From Octopus sinensis (Eukaryota), in contig NC_043021.1 of the NCBI RefSeq assembly GCF_006345805.1, positions 24,614,001-24,678,000 on the forward strand: a stretch of 64,000 nt of DNA. The letters run 5' to 3'. This document shows, in pieces, positions 11,654 to 24,587 of this stretch (within the stretch, counting starts at the first letter, position 1; each line of letters starts with the position of its first letter). The position numbers and the translations under genes were made by a program. The notes beneath the pieces were generated by a model. That model did not search any database and was not told where the DNA came from. It saw only the letters and a list, made by a program, of their open reading frames with translations.

Positions 11654-12182
11654 TCATCAGGAAAGAAAGAGAGCCTCTCTCAACAACAAGTCATTACAAC
11701 AATTACGATGACTGCCTACATGATAAACAGAACGTTAAGTATTTTTTAAAAACCGTTAGTAGATTTGAAGTCAAAGGCAGATAGTAGGAAGAGAAGGGTT
11801 AAAGGAATAATAAGTAGAGAACTAATAAAGAGGGATACGTTGGTTGAAAAAATGTTCAAAGGCTTAGAAATAGACTTCTCTATTGAAGTAAAGTGCAAGT
11901 TAAACTAATTGTTCAAACTATAACAATTAGTTTAACTTGCACTTCACTTAATAGAGAAATCTTTTCCTAAGCCTTTGAACATTCTTTTTATCAACGTATC
12001 CCTCCCTCTCTATTCCCTACTTTTTATTCCTTTAACCCTTCTCTTCCTACTTTCTGCCTTTGACGTCAAATCTACTAACGGTTTTTTAAATACTTAATAA
12101 CGTTCTGTTTATCATGTAGGCAGTCATCGTAATTGTTATAATTGTCTTGTTGTTGAGAGAGGCTCTCTTTCTTTCCTGATGA
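11654..12182. repeat. Long imperfect palindrome (arms of about 260 bp, 8-nt loop)
   Basis: 11654-11913 is the reverse complement of 11922-12182 with scattered substitutions; the ORF track shows IRKEREPLSTT on both strands. Confidence 0.92.
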
Positions 12183-13340
12183 AAGTCGACGAAGTTGTCT
12201 TCGCAGAATTTCTGCATGTTCTTCGCCGTATGAGCAGGACTATCTTGGGTCCACACATAATTCCCGTTGAGGTAGACTTCAGCCAAGGCAAAACCTTGTT
12301 CTGCAGGACTTTATAATAAAAGTCAGCCCCCACCTTTTTCCCAGACTTGAAAAAATGGAGAGGCATCTTTTTTTTCCGTCAGACGCAACGACTCCCAGTA
12401 TCTTTACTTGAGCTGGGAGCTTGGTCCTAAAGACACCCTTTATTTCAGAAGGCCACTTAACAATGTTACGTTTATATATTTGTTGTGCAAGATTTTTTAT
12501 GTGAAATCGTGTGTTGAAACAGATATTGTTGTATTTAGGAATTGTCATTTTGCCAGTTTAGCCAATAAAAACACACGCACTATATATTTGGTGTTATTTT
12601 GCTTCAGTGTTATTTATTTTTTACATTAATTTTAATCTTATTTCGGCTAGAATTCTTTCATCACACTCCTGTGACCGCATCAGTGGTCCTTTGCTTTCTT
12701 CTTTCTTATTTGTGTGTCTCTCCTTACTAACCGTCAGCCATTTTGTATTTCTATTGTACGTATCTTCATTTGCGCATGCGTATATCTCTATGTGCGTCTA
12801 TGTTTAGTTAGTGTGTGGGGGGGAATGCCTGTAATATTTGTATCTTCTGTTTATATACGTTCGTGTAAATACAACACTTACCAACGGATTGATCATTGCG
12901 ACGTTTTAAAACAGCATCAACGGTAAAAAGATATTTTCATCTGAAAAGTTTTTGACACTTTCATTACTTGAGTCAATAGGTGTCTCTGGCTCCTCGCGTA
13001 TGACCCCAAATGTAAATCAGTGTGTACAGCATTTCTGATAGTCTTTGGATCAACTTTCATCTCTATGGACAGTTTTCTCATGAATGTTGTTAGGTCTTTC
13101 GAAATTTTGGTTCTGAGAGATTTAAGAACTACATTATCCCGTTTTTATTTATGTCTCCCTTTCCTTAGTTTCTCTTGATGCCTCCAATGTCCAGTATTCC
13201 ATTCTTAACGTTGTAGACAGTGTTTTTCCGTGGTATGTCTAAGTATTTCATTTATTTTCATTTGTGTTCCTCGCTGATGACAGAAGAATCCTTTTTGGAT
13301 TAATCCAGAAATCGTAACCGATTCGGAGATAACCATATTT
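12183..13340 (-). mobile_element. Degraded Tc1/mariner (maT-like) transposase, two segments
   Basis: 12945-13340 gives HTH-like KTVYNV...MRKLSIEMKVDPKTIRNAVHTDL; 12183-12460 gives VKILGVVASDGKK-MPLHFFK...VLPWLKS...YVWTQDSPAHTAK. Confidence 0.75.
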
Positions 13341-13504
13341 TTACGAATTTCTGTTAGCTTGCTTTCCTCGTTTCGAAACGTGCTGTAATAATACAAGTGA
13401 AGATATTTTGTGTGGTTAGACGATTTAGCGTCTATTTTTCAGCATATTGGCAAAGAATATTTTTTTTTCTTTTTGCCCTTATTTATAAATAATACATGTA
13501 TGAG

Positions 13505-13548
<44 letters not shown>

Positions 13549-13550
13549 AG

Positions 13551-13610
<60 letters not shown>

Positions 13611-14006
13611 CACACAATCGTACATACACACATACCTACATATGTGTGTGTGTTGTGTGTAAGTATGCATGTATATATATATATATCGCTTGACTGACCA
13701 CACGAACTCTTAATCAACACATTCCACTCAACCGTCCCATTGTCTGGTGAGACAGGGAGGTGGTGGATGTTAGAAACATGATTTCTTTGTTTAATGTTTC
13801 ATTCTTAATTAATTTCTCGTGTGAAGCTCTTCTCTTTCCTTCGTCCATCTCTCTCCCCCTTCCTCTCTTTAACCAAGTCCTTATATTTATTTCTCTATCA
13901 ATATATTTACGCACGCGCGTGTGTGCGTGTTCGTGTTTGTGTGTGTGTGTGTGTCTCTGTGTGTGTGTGTGTGTGCGTGCGTATTCGTGTGTGTGTGTGT
14001 GTGTGT

Positions 14007-14041
<35 letters not shown>

Positions 14042-14730
14042 TGTGTCTGTGTGTGTGGTCAAAACTTGGCAAAAGATTAATGACGGACAGAAGAAGCCTC
14101 ACTAAAAATGTCCTATTCTTCTGGGTAAACCAACTGGTTTTATTTGTTCTTTGTATTGCGGCCGCTTCTCCCAGTTCAACGTTGCATGGTTGATACACAT
14201 TGTTAGCATTGAGGCTGCTTCGCTTTCTATAGAACCGGTTCAATATCGATGACTCTAACATTATTTTCAAACACTTTTCACTAATCAATTCAATGTCATG
14301 CCATGCTTGATTCTCTTCCCTTGTTTGCTGTCTCCAATAATTGTCCGCCACACCAACGGTGGTTCGCCATAATCGTCCATCGTTTTATGATTCCCGCTGG
14401 GTAAGGCTTCATTACTTTTCCCTCTCAACAGGCCAACCTGTTGGAGATTAGAGATGAAACGGTTTTCTAGAGTGTTTTCTAAACAGGTTATTGTTTGTTC
14501 GTTTTATTGAGGCTCCCTTCTTGATCTTGTTTTGAATGGGAATCAGGGCTGCGCAAATCAATTTGTTTCCACCGCCATCACATGTTAATTCCCTTCTTTT
14601 AGAAATTACATTGATTGTATGGACGAGGGAGAACTACGTCCGGGGATTCTTCTCCTTATTAAATACACATAAGGTCTGCTTCTCTCACACAAATAATACA
14701 GAGAGATGGGGAAATACTTCGATTCGTCTA

Positions 14731-14938
14731 TTCTTTTATTCTTTTACTTGCTTCAGTCATTTGAGTGCGGCCATGCTGGAGCACCGCCTTTATTCAAACA
14801 AATCGACCCCAGCACTTATTCTTTGTAAGCCTAGTACTTATTCTATCGGTCACTTTTGCCAAACCGCTAAGTTACAAGAACGTAAACACACCATCATCGG
14901 ATGTCATACGATGGTGGTGAGGGGACAAACACAAACAC

Positions 14939-14941
<3 letters not shown>
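14731..14941 (-). mobile_element. SINE family B, 3' module only
   Basis: CTTTTACTTGCTTCAGTCATTTGAGTGCGGCCATGCTGGAGCACCGCC...AACCGCTAAGTTAC. Confidence 0.85.
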
Positions 14942-15002
<61 letters not shown>

Positions 15003-15069
15003 TCCAATGATTTGAAACAAGTAATAGATAACAGATTTATCTTTGCAGTTATTATTATTATATCATCAG

Positions 15070-15135
<66 letters not shown>

Positions 15136-15144
15136 TATTATTAC

Positions 15145-15178
<34 letters not shown>

Positions 15179-15486
15179 AAGGCGGTGAGCTGGCAGAAAC
15201 GTTAGCACACCAGGCGAAATGCTTAGCGGTATTTCGTCTGCCGCTACGTTCTGAGTTCAAATTCCGCCGAGGTCGAATTTGCCTTTCATCCTTTCGGGGT
15301 CGATTAAATAAGTACCAGTTACGCACTGAGGTCGATATAATCGAGTTAATCCGTTTGTCTGTCCTTGTTTGTCCTCTCTGTGTTTAGCCCCTTGTGGGTA
15401 GTAAAGAAATGGGTATTTCGTCTGCCGTTACGTTCTGAGTTCAAATTCAGCCGAGGCCGACTTTGTCTTTCATCCTTTCGGGGTTG
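15179..15486 (+). mobile_element. SINE family A plus a partial second copy
   Basis: Same head, core and tail as 3296; the core repeats at about 15412-15486. Confidence 0.9.
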
Positions 15487-15489
15487 AAA

Positions 15490-16100
15490 GTCATGATACT
15501 GCCCGAGTATTTACAGCCTTCACTAGATTCGAACCATTTAGGTTTGACTTCATTAGCTTCCCCACCCTTCTGATCTACTCTTTCTCAATTTTCATTTTCA
15601 TTTCTCTGTTAGTACTCTGTCAGATTCTAATACTCCTAGATACTTATAACTCTCTTCTCCTTTCAATGATTTTAATGTTTGGCCATCTGGTAATCGGGTG
15701 CCTTCGCTGTTGACTTCCCGTCCCCTTCTCATGACTAATATTGCCCCCTTATCTATGCCAAATTCCCTGTCTACATCTTTGCTGAAGCGTCTTACAGTCT
15801 GTATTAAGGAATCTATCTTTTCCATTCTTACTAAAAAGCTTCAGATCATCCATGAAGAGCAAATCGTCAACTTTCCCCTTACTATTTCGCAACTGAAACC
15901 CTGCCTTTGCCCTGAGGAGGGTCAAACATAAGACAGATATTAAAGGGGACAACAAGTCATCCTGGAAATTTCCTCTTTTGATATTAACTTTCCCTAAGAG
16001 TGCGTCACCTGAGTAGAGGCCTACTTTCCATTTTTTTTTTCATGCTAAAGCTAATTAATTCTCTTATGCTGTCTGCCATACTGAATACACTCAACATATA
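15490..16100 (-). mobile_element. R4/Dong-type non-LTR RT fragment (duplication unit 1)
   Basis: KRGNFQDDLLSPL, LLFMDDLKLFSK, IDSLIQTVRRFSKDV..EFGIDK, ESYKYLGVLE match R4/Dong-type RT motifs. Confidence 0.8.
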
Positions 16101-16406
16101 AATATACTGAATATATTATTATTATTATCATTGTTATTATTTTCATTAGTATCTTCTTTTAATTATGCTTAAATTTCTTGCCGAGTGTCTACCTGACACC
16201 TAGGGCAGAGAAACGTACTGTATACAGTGGTAGGTCATTAAAACAAACACACCAGATAATTCATTTACAGAGTCATGTGATAGAGAAAAGGGGAAAAATT
16301 TTTTTAAATAGAAAAGTAAATAAAGAGGTTAGGGTTATTATTATTATTGTTGTTGTTATTATTATTATTATATTATTATTATATTATTATTATTATTATT
16401 ATTATA

Positions 16407-16714
16407 AAGGCGGTGAGCTGGCAGAAACGTTAGCACACCAGGCGAAATGCTTAGCGGTATTTCGTCTGCCGCTACGTTCTGAGTTCAAATTCCGCCGAGG
16501 TCGAATTTGCCTTTCATCCTTTCGGGGTCGATTAAATAAGTACCAGTTACGCACTGAGGTCGATATAATCGAGTTAATCCGTTTGTCTGTCCTTGTTTGT
16601 CCTCTCTGTGTTTAGCCCCTTGTGGGTAGTAAAGAAATGGGTATTTCGTCTGCCGTTACGTTCTGAGTTCAAATTCAGCCGAGGCCGACTTTGTCTTTCA
16701 TCCTTTCGGGGTTG
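16407..16714 (+). mobile_element. SINE family A plus partial copy (duplication unit 2)
   Basis: Matches 15179-15486. Confidence 0.9.
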
Positions 16715-16717
16715 AAA

Positions 16718-17330
16718 GTCATGATACTGCCCGAGTATTTACAGCCTTCACTAGATTCGAACCATTTAGGTTTGACTTCATTAGCTTCCCCACCCTTCTG
16801 ATCTACTCTTTCTCAATTTTCATTTTCATTTCTCTGGTTAGTACTCTGTCAGATTCTAATACTCCTAGATACTTATAACTCTCTTCTCCTTTCAATGATT
16901 TTAATGTTTGGCCATATGGTAATCGGGTGCCTTCGCTGTTGACTTCCCGTCCCCTTCTCATGACTAATATTGCCCCCTTATCTATGCCAAATTCCCTGTC
17001 TACATCTTTGCTGAAGCGTCTTACAGTCTGTATTAAGGAATCTATCTTTTCCATTCTTACTAAAAAGCTTCAGATCATCCATGAAGAGCAAATCGTCAAC
17101 TTTCCCCTTACTATTTCGCAACTGAAACCCTGCCTTTGCCCTGAGGAGGGTCAAACATAAGACAGATATTAAAGGGGACAACAAGTCATCCTGGAAATTT
17201 CCTCTTTTGATATTAACTTTCCCTAAGAGTGCGTCACCTGAGTAGAGGCCTACTTTCCATTTTTTTTTCATGCTAAAGCTAATTAATTCTCTTATGCTGT
17301 CTGCCATACTGAATACACTCAACATATAAA
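16718..17330 (-). mobile_element. R4/Dong-type RT fragment (duplication unit 2)
   Basis: Same peptides as 15490-16100. Confidence 0.8.
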
Positions 17331-17624
17331 TATACTGAATATATTATTATTATTATCATTGTTATTATTTTCATTAGTATCTTCTTTAATTATGCTTAAA
17401 TTTCTTGCCGAGTGTCTACCTGACACCTAGGGCAGAGAAACGTACTGTATACAGTGGTAGGTCATTAAAACAAACACACCAGATAATTCATTTACAGAGT
17501 CATGTGATAGAGAAAAGGGGAAAAATTTTTTTAAATAGAAAAGTAAATAAAGAGGTTAGGGTTATTATTATTATTGTTGTTGTTATTATTATTATTATTA
17601 TTATTATTTTATTATTATTATTTA

Positions 17625-18039
17625 CTTTTAATCTGTGTGTTTGTTACAATCACTTGCCGAGACACACCCAGCGTCCTAGAGTGAGTGAAGGATAACAGAT
17701 GTTATAGTATGAGTGAAAGTTTGCGGAGGGGAGGGGCAGAGGCAGTAGCGAAATACCTTCATGTAATACAACACATACATTTAACTTGATAGAGTTTTTC
17801 TAAGGATATGAGTAGTACTTGTTAGCACAATATTTTGGATTTCTCCAAGAAACGGTTCTCCTGGGATATTATCTAGACATTTCTGACATCCCTTTCTTAT
17901 CATACCAAGGGCACCCATAACAATAAGAACAGTTCTCGCTTTAAAATGTATTTCAATTTCCAGGTCCTTATATTTATTTAATTTGTCAAATTCCTTTACA
18001 GATATATTTTTGTTTGTGGGAACACTTACATCTATTTTT

Positions 18040-18040
<1 letters not shown>
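17625..18040 (-). mobile_element. R4/Dong-type LINE 3' end (restriction-like endonuclease) with (TAA)n tail
   Basis: IDVSVPTNKNISVKEFDKLNKYKDLEIE...VMGALGMI...TTHILRKTLS; 3' UTR runs into a (TAA)n tract. Confidence 0.8.
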
Positions 18041-18138
<98 letters not shown>

Positions 18139-18717
18139 TTAAGACATTGTAAAATGTCTGCTAGACACTTGAAAAGTGAAAACTTTGTAGCTCTGCCTAT
18201 TCGATAAACCATTTCTTCCACTGCTATTTCTGAATCTTTCACCAAAATTACTAAATAGTTTTTCAGGAACTCTTGTTTGGAATTTTAACATTTCCTGCTG
18301 CTTACTATTTCAGCATGTTCCATGTTCTCTCGTGTTTTTGGTCATTTCATTCCTTCATCACCTGTCCCTACCAATTCTGTCAAGTACCTCTTTTGTTCGT
18401 CTCTAAACATTCTTGCCTTTACCAATTCCTTGGGCTCTTCAAAAGTCTCCTGCAATACAATTCTTGAATTCCTCATGCTTTTGGTACTGCAACTCTTTCA
18501 GTTTTATCCCCCCACCCCACCAGTTCTTTGAAATATTGGCTTCGCATCGAACAGTTGCTTTTATTCAAAGAAATCTTGTTTCTTTTATTTCTTGAAGACG
18601 CATTTTTGGCTCTTGTCTCTCGGAATTTTCGATTCTCCTTTCATCCCCCCACCCACCCGCCTTCATATGTCCTTTTGTCGTTGATATCATTAACAACGAC
18701 TCAAAAATATCGTATTG

Positions 18718-18764
<47 letters not shown>

Positions 18765-19354
18765 ATTCATATTGTGTGTGTGTATGTGTGTGTGTATGTG
18801 TGTGGCGTGTGTGTTTACGTGAGCCTTTGTGCTTGTATTAGTCATTCGCCGATAGAAAACCGGTGTTCGTATGTTTATGTCCTCTGTCACTCAGCGGTTC
18901 GATAAAAAGAAACCGATGGAATAGAGACCAATCTTAGCATAAGTACTTGGATCGATGCAATCTTAACATCAACCCTTCAAAACAGTGCTCCAGAAAGGCC
19001 ACACATGTCAGGAGGGATTCTGCAGTTTTCACCTACGATATTCACCTCACAGGAGACATTTCGAAGATGCCACACTATGTGATCGAACCGTGAACCGTTC
19101 AATTTCTGAACAACATACTCCTGTCTGCATCTGTTAAAAATCGCTATTGCTATGGAGTCATTAACTTTTGATTGTGTTTTAATTTGTTGTTTTTTTGTAT
19201 TGTAATTCGGTTTAAGAGATTTCTGGAGGTAAAAGAATGGGAAGAGATATGAAAGAATTTCGGAGAGAGGAAAAGAAAATGCCAAGAGACGGGACATAGC
19301 AAAATAGAGAATAATATAAAAAGAATATATCTTTTTTCTCTTTTTTTGTTTTCT

Positions 19355-19658
19355 TATATTTGTTTCAGTTCGTTGACTGTGACCACGCCGGAGCACCGCC
19401 TTTAGTTGAGCAAATCGACCCCAGCACTTACTTTTTGTAAGCCTAATGCTTATTCTATCGGTCTCTTTTGCCGAACCGCTAAGTTACGGGGACGTGAACG
19501 CACCAACATCAGTTTCCGTCTACCAAATCCACTCACAAGACTTTGGTCGGCCCAAGACTATAGTAGAAGACATTTGCCCAAGGTGCCACGCAGTGGGACT
19601 GAACCCGGAACCATGTGGTTGGTAAGCAAGCTACTTACCACACAGTCACTCCTGCACC
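19355..19658 (-). mobile_element. SINE family B with internal deletion (microsatellite linker lost)
   Basis: Head and tail modules join directly at about 19510 (CACCAACATC|AGTTTCCGTC). Confidence 0.85.
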
Positions 19659-20622
19659 TATAAATGAATAAAATAAAATAATAAAAAATAATGTAATAAT
19701 ATATAAAAACAACATATATATATATATATATATATATGCGTATGTGTGTATATATATATATATGTACACACGTACGCACATAAACACACGCACACGCACT
19801 CACACACAAATACACACACACATGCACATATACACACGCACACCCAGAAGCACCCGCAATGCTGGTATAGGAATATATTTAAAGAAAGGAAAAAATTATT
19901 AAAAAACAATTGAACGAAACAAGGGGAAATATAAAGATAACATTTTTTTAAAATATCAAAAAATTAATTGAAGAGGGAAACATAAAATAATGTAAAGGAA
20001 GGAAGGAAGGAAGGAAGGAAGGAAGGAAGGAGGAAGGAAGGGGGCATTGAAAGGGGTGGGGGATGGAGTATTTGGTTTCTGCTGAAAAAAGATGTCGCGA
20101 ATTTCTTTCGACAATCAGGATTTTATCTTTGAAAATTATGTAAATCCAGAGACTAAACGATATTCCTTCCGGTAAGAGACAAAAAAATATGTTATCTGAG
20201 CATGCGCATTAGTTGGTTCTTTCCTTCGTGATGAATGAAATTCTGGTCAAACATCTGTTAACCGTCATCTTTTTTATTGCCTCCTTTTTTCTGTCTTTCG
20301 TTTGTTTTTTTTTATTATTTATTCATACACTTTTGTTCTCATTTTTTTTTTGATGGGTGGGGAGGCATGGATGGCCTTTTACTTGTTATCGATATTTTCA
20401 TCGTTTTTAAGTAATATCTTTAATTTACTGCAACCATATCTCGATAAACTACAAATTTACATTAATTTATTCAAATTCATGATTTGGTTTTTTTTCTTTT
20501 GTGTTTTTCGATCTGTTTCCCTTTTTTTTCTCTCTCTCTACGGTTCTTTATTTTGTTTTGTTGTAATTTTTTGGTTTCGCTTTGGCTTTATTTGAAAGTT
20601 GTTGTGCACAAGATGGTCGTTT

Positions 20623-20700
20623 CGGTTCCTGGACCGGGCATTGCGTTGCATTCCTGAGCAAAACACTTCATTTCACGTTGTTTCCGTCCACTCAGATACG
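20623..20700 (+). mobile_element. SINE family C fragment
   Basis: CCTGAGCAAAACACTTCATTTCACGTTG...CCACTCAG core. Confidence 0.55.
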
Positions 20701-20806
20701 AGTTGGGGATCTTCTTTTAGACTTTCTCATCGGTTCTTCACCTCGTTTGCCGAGAACTTTTTTAAAAAATCACTGAAATTCAGCTTAATTTCCACTATTT
20801 CTATTG

Positions 20807-20875
<69 letters not shown>

Positions 20876-21819
20876 CTTTCTCGCACCAAGTAGTTTGTCC
20901 AAGAATTTGAACACCACACCCCCATTCTGACAAAAACTGGATTTGTTAGCATTTTGTGCTTGCAGCCCAACGAACGGCTCTCCTAGTTTCATGTCTTAAA
21001 TGACTGCCTTTTTGTTTCGTGTCGAATAAATTGTCGAAGCTCTCGTCTTATCTTGCTGTTCTGCTATCTTCCATTCAGCCTTTTTTACTCTAACAGCTTT
21101 CTCTGTCTCCTCCTTCCTCTATCCTTCTATTTCTCTCCCTCATTTTCTCACTTCCCTTCCCCCTCTCTTTCTCTCTCTCTCCCTCTCTCTCTCTCCCCAC
21201 GTTCCCTTTCTCTTCTTTCTCTTGCTCTCCTTAGACTAGTAAAGTTTAAAATTATTTATTTCATAAAAACTAAAAACTTTTAACCCCCCCACACACACAC
21301 ACGCATACACACACACACACACACACCATATAATATTTCCAATGCTTTCTCGAATTCTCACTTATCTACTTTTCAAAACCTATAATTGAAGTCTCTTTCT
21401 ACGCTGAAAACTATTCGTTGAGGTTTGATTTGAGGAGATTTGGCAGCTATTTTTAGTAGACCAAGAGACTACGCACAGGTTCCATCACTGGCTTTATGTA
21501 CAAAATGTAAATGGGTTCCGTCAGTTTTAACGATGAGTTTTCCGTTGTTCGATCAACGGAACTTCCTATGACCCTTATCATTCACATGGAGTGGATGACG
21601 ATGCTACGGACACATGTTCCCTTAATGGAATTCTTATGCAGGACAAGCGTCACCTCCACCACCTCCACCACCACTGATTTCAAGTGCTGCTACTGGGCTC
21701 ACAGGAACTCATTCTCAGACCGAGTCTCTAGACCAGCGGTTCCCAACCTTTTCAAAGTGCTTCCCAACCCTTTTATTAAAATGAGTTTTCCCAAGGACCC
21801 CTTTTAATATGCTTATCGT

Positions 21820-21852
<33 letters not shown>

Positions 21853-21860
<8 letters not shown>

Positions 21861-22122
21861 ACCGACCATCAGATGTTGCTACACATCGCTGGTCACAATG
21901 CGTTCGCATTGTTTTAGCCTTCGAATGACGCCACCCCCGTCTGGCTAAGCGAGCAGGCCAACAGAAGAAAGAGTGAGAGAAAGAGTGGTGAAAGAGTACA
22001 GCAGGGATCACCACCCCCTGCCGGAGCCTCGTGGAGCTTTTAGGTGTTTTCGCTCAATAAACACACACAACGCCCGGTCTGGGAATCGAAACCGCGATCC
22101 TACGACTGGGTCATTGCGCCGC

Positions 22123-22124
<2 letters not shown>
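21853..22124 (-). mobile_element. tRNA-derived SINE (family D)
   Basis: Minus-strand GTCGTAGGATCGCGGTTTCGATTCCCAGACCGGG...GCTCCACGAGGCTCCGGCAG head shared with 31491 and 59353. Confidence 0.8.
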
Positions 22125-22160
<36 letters not shown>

Positions 22161-22292
22161 ATATATATGTGTGTGTGTGTGTATGTATATATGTGTGTGT
22201 ATGTATACATATATATATATATATATGTGGTGTGTGTGTATGTATATATATGTATGTGTATATATGTATATATATATATATATATTATATAT

Positions 22293-22329
<37 letters not shown>

Positions 22330-22332
<3 letters not shown>

Positions 22333-22435
22333 TACGGAGATGTACTTGCATAGCAAGTGATTTGATCTGAGATCGTGTGCTGGAACGAAAACAATTGCAG
22401 CGTGGAAGGTGTTTATATGGTTATCCTTATGTGTG

Positions 22436-22499
<64 letters not shown>

Positions 22500-22510
22500 C
22501 ACACACACAC

Positions 22511-22604
<94 letters not shown>

Positions 22605-22705
22605 TACGGAGATGTACTTGCATAGCAAGTGATTTGATCTGAGATCGTGTGCTGGAACGAAAACAATTGCAGCGTGGAAGGTGTTTATATGGTTATCCTT
22701 ATGGT
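22330..22705. repeat. Tandem repeat: 105-bp core plus (TA)n, period about 272 bp
   Basis: TTACGGAGATGTACTTGCATAGCAAGTG...GGTTATCCTTATG occurs at about 22332 and 22604. Confidence 0.9.
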
Positions 22706-22731
22706 GTATATATATATATATATATATACAT

Positions 22732-22811
<80 letters not shown>

Positions 22812-23921
22812 ATATACAATATATATATGTGTGTGTATGTATATATATATATATGAAATTTTCAATATAGTTCACAGACCCCCCCCCAAGTACTACCTTT
22901 ACTGACCACCAGGGGTCCACGGACCCCATGTTGGGAACCACTGTTATAGACTCCCTACCTCCCTATCTACATAGACACAACCTCAAGTCCCCTAGCATTC
23001 CCTATACCTTATTCTGATCAGTTGTTTGCGAGGTTTTCCCGTATGATATTAACCACCGCTTTAGTAAATTGTGTTCAAGGAAGTCACTTGCTATCTTTCG
23101 TCATCATAACTTCCCGTCACTCAAAAGGTTTTCAGACATAATTTGTTCATATAAACACAAATTTTATTCCACTTTTGCCCATTAAGCAAAGTCTCCATAA
23201 TCTCACCTAATTATCATTAATCCCAAACTTATCACTTGCCTATGCTGGTAACATATTCCTTCTCTTTCTCTTTTTGTCTTTCTTTCTCTAGTCTTCATGT
23301 ATCTTTCTCCCTATTTCAGCATATCGCCCCCTCCGCGACCCCACCCCCTCTTCCTCTCTTTATCTATCACCAACTCTCATCCCTAATTGATTTAGTTTAC
23401 CCCTCTGTATTTTCCACGTACATTTCTCCATCTCTCACTCGCCCTCCTCCTCCACTACTCCATTCTTTTATTGCATTGCTTGTCTCTTCATGTCTTTATA
23501 GCCAACAACGACCCCTCATTGATTTTAAGCCTAAACGACACATTTGACCATAAGTGGTATCTCCTTTCATCATACTGACCTTCACTTCCCCATCTTCTCC
23601 CTCCCCCCTTAGGCTCGTCTCTTTTACCTCTGTTCACTCTCCTTATTTCTGACTTCCCCTCCTTCACTCCACCTTGTATTTCTTTTTCTTCCTCTATCTC
23701 TCTATCCCCCTCCCTAAGCCGCTTACATCTTCCCTCTCCTTGTCTTTTACTTCTTTTCTTCTTCATCTCCACTTCAACGTTTAAATCTCACGCGATACTC
23801 TGGGAACGTCTTTTACTAATTTCTTCTTCTTCTGATGACAGAAGTCTGTCCACTTAAGTACTGTATAGGTGTGGAACCAATGGTCACTCGATGACCGATA
23901 AATAACTCTTAACTTCCTAAA

Positions 23922-24043
23922 TGTATGTGTGTGTGTGTGTGTGTGTGTGCGTGTGTGTGTGTGTGTGCGTGTGTGTGTGTGTATGTGCGTGTGTGTGTGC
24001 GTGTGCGTGTGCGTGTGTGTATGTGTGTATGTGTGTGTGCGTG

Positions 24044-24086
<43 letters not shown>

Positions 24087-24207
24087 GTATGTGTATGTGT
24101 GTGTGCGTGTGTGTGTGTGTATGTATGTGTGTGTGCGTGTGCGTATGCGTGTGTGTGTGTGCGTGTGCGTGTGTGTGTGTATGTGTGTGCGTGTGTGTGT
24201 GTGTATA
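23922..24207. repeat. Compound (TG)n/(TGCG)n/(TGTA)n microsatellite
   Basis: Direct reading. Confidence 0.95.
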
Positions 24208-24234
24208 TGATGGATTCTCTCGTCGTGAACGACA

Positions 24235-24560
24235 TGTGACGACGGTTCAGTAAAATAAAGCGTTGATCGTGTTCTATGGACACGAATGCGTCTGTTGATG
24301 TCTGTTGGTGCTTTACAAACATTTTGGCAAATGGAACAAGTTGGGGACTCAGTCTGCTCGAGTGCTTCTGGATTATTTCCTTGGGTGGACAATAACAAAT
24401 AAGGTTTCCTTTTAAAGGAACAGCATTTTGCCAACGTGCCGCCATGCTTGCACGAAACCGGTCCTGATGCTGGGTTCGACTTTGCTTAAATCTCTGAACG
24501 GAAGAGAAGCAGGACTGGAACCAGGTCTTGCGTTCTCATGCCTTGTTTTCCAGCAAGAAA
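24235..24560 (-). mobile_element. RTE-clade LINE 3' end fragment
   Basis: Homologous to 6725-7010 (GATTTAAGCAAAGTCGAACCCAGCATCA; MAARWQNA vs MKAGWQNA); C-terminal CSICQNVC..INRRIRVH zinc-finger-like motif. Confidence 0.75.
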
Positions 24561-24587
24561 AGGGTATATATATATATATAGATATAT

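Larger units (their letters stand above)
15160..17620. repeat. Tandem duplication, two near-identical units of about 1228 bp
   Basis: SINE starts at 15179 and 16407; paired ORFs at 15698/16927 and 16178/17405; only a few substitutions or indels; boundaries lie in (TAT)n. Confidence 0.95.
21734..22943. mobile_element. hAT (Charlie-type) MITE with nested insertions
   Basis: TIRs CAGCGGTTCCCAAC / GTTGGGAACCACTG; flanks CTCTAGAC and TTATAGAC (6/8 match), consistent with the Charlie NTCTAGAN target. Confidence 0.7.

Noticed and set aside
14070-14700. Complex non-SSR stretch with short ORFs on both strands
   Set aside because: No recognisable motif, splice pattern or repeat partner; I could not support any call.
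22330-22705. CRISPR-like array (also 39953-40095 and 43020-43055)
   Set aside because: Only two units each, no unique spacers, eukaryotic context, no cas genes.
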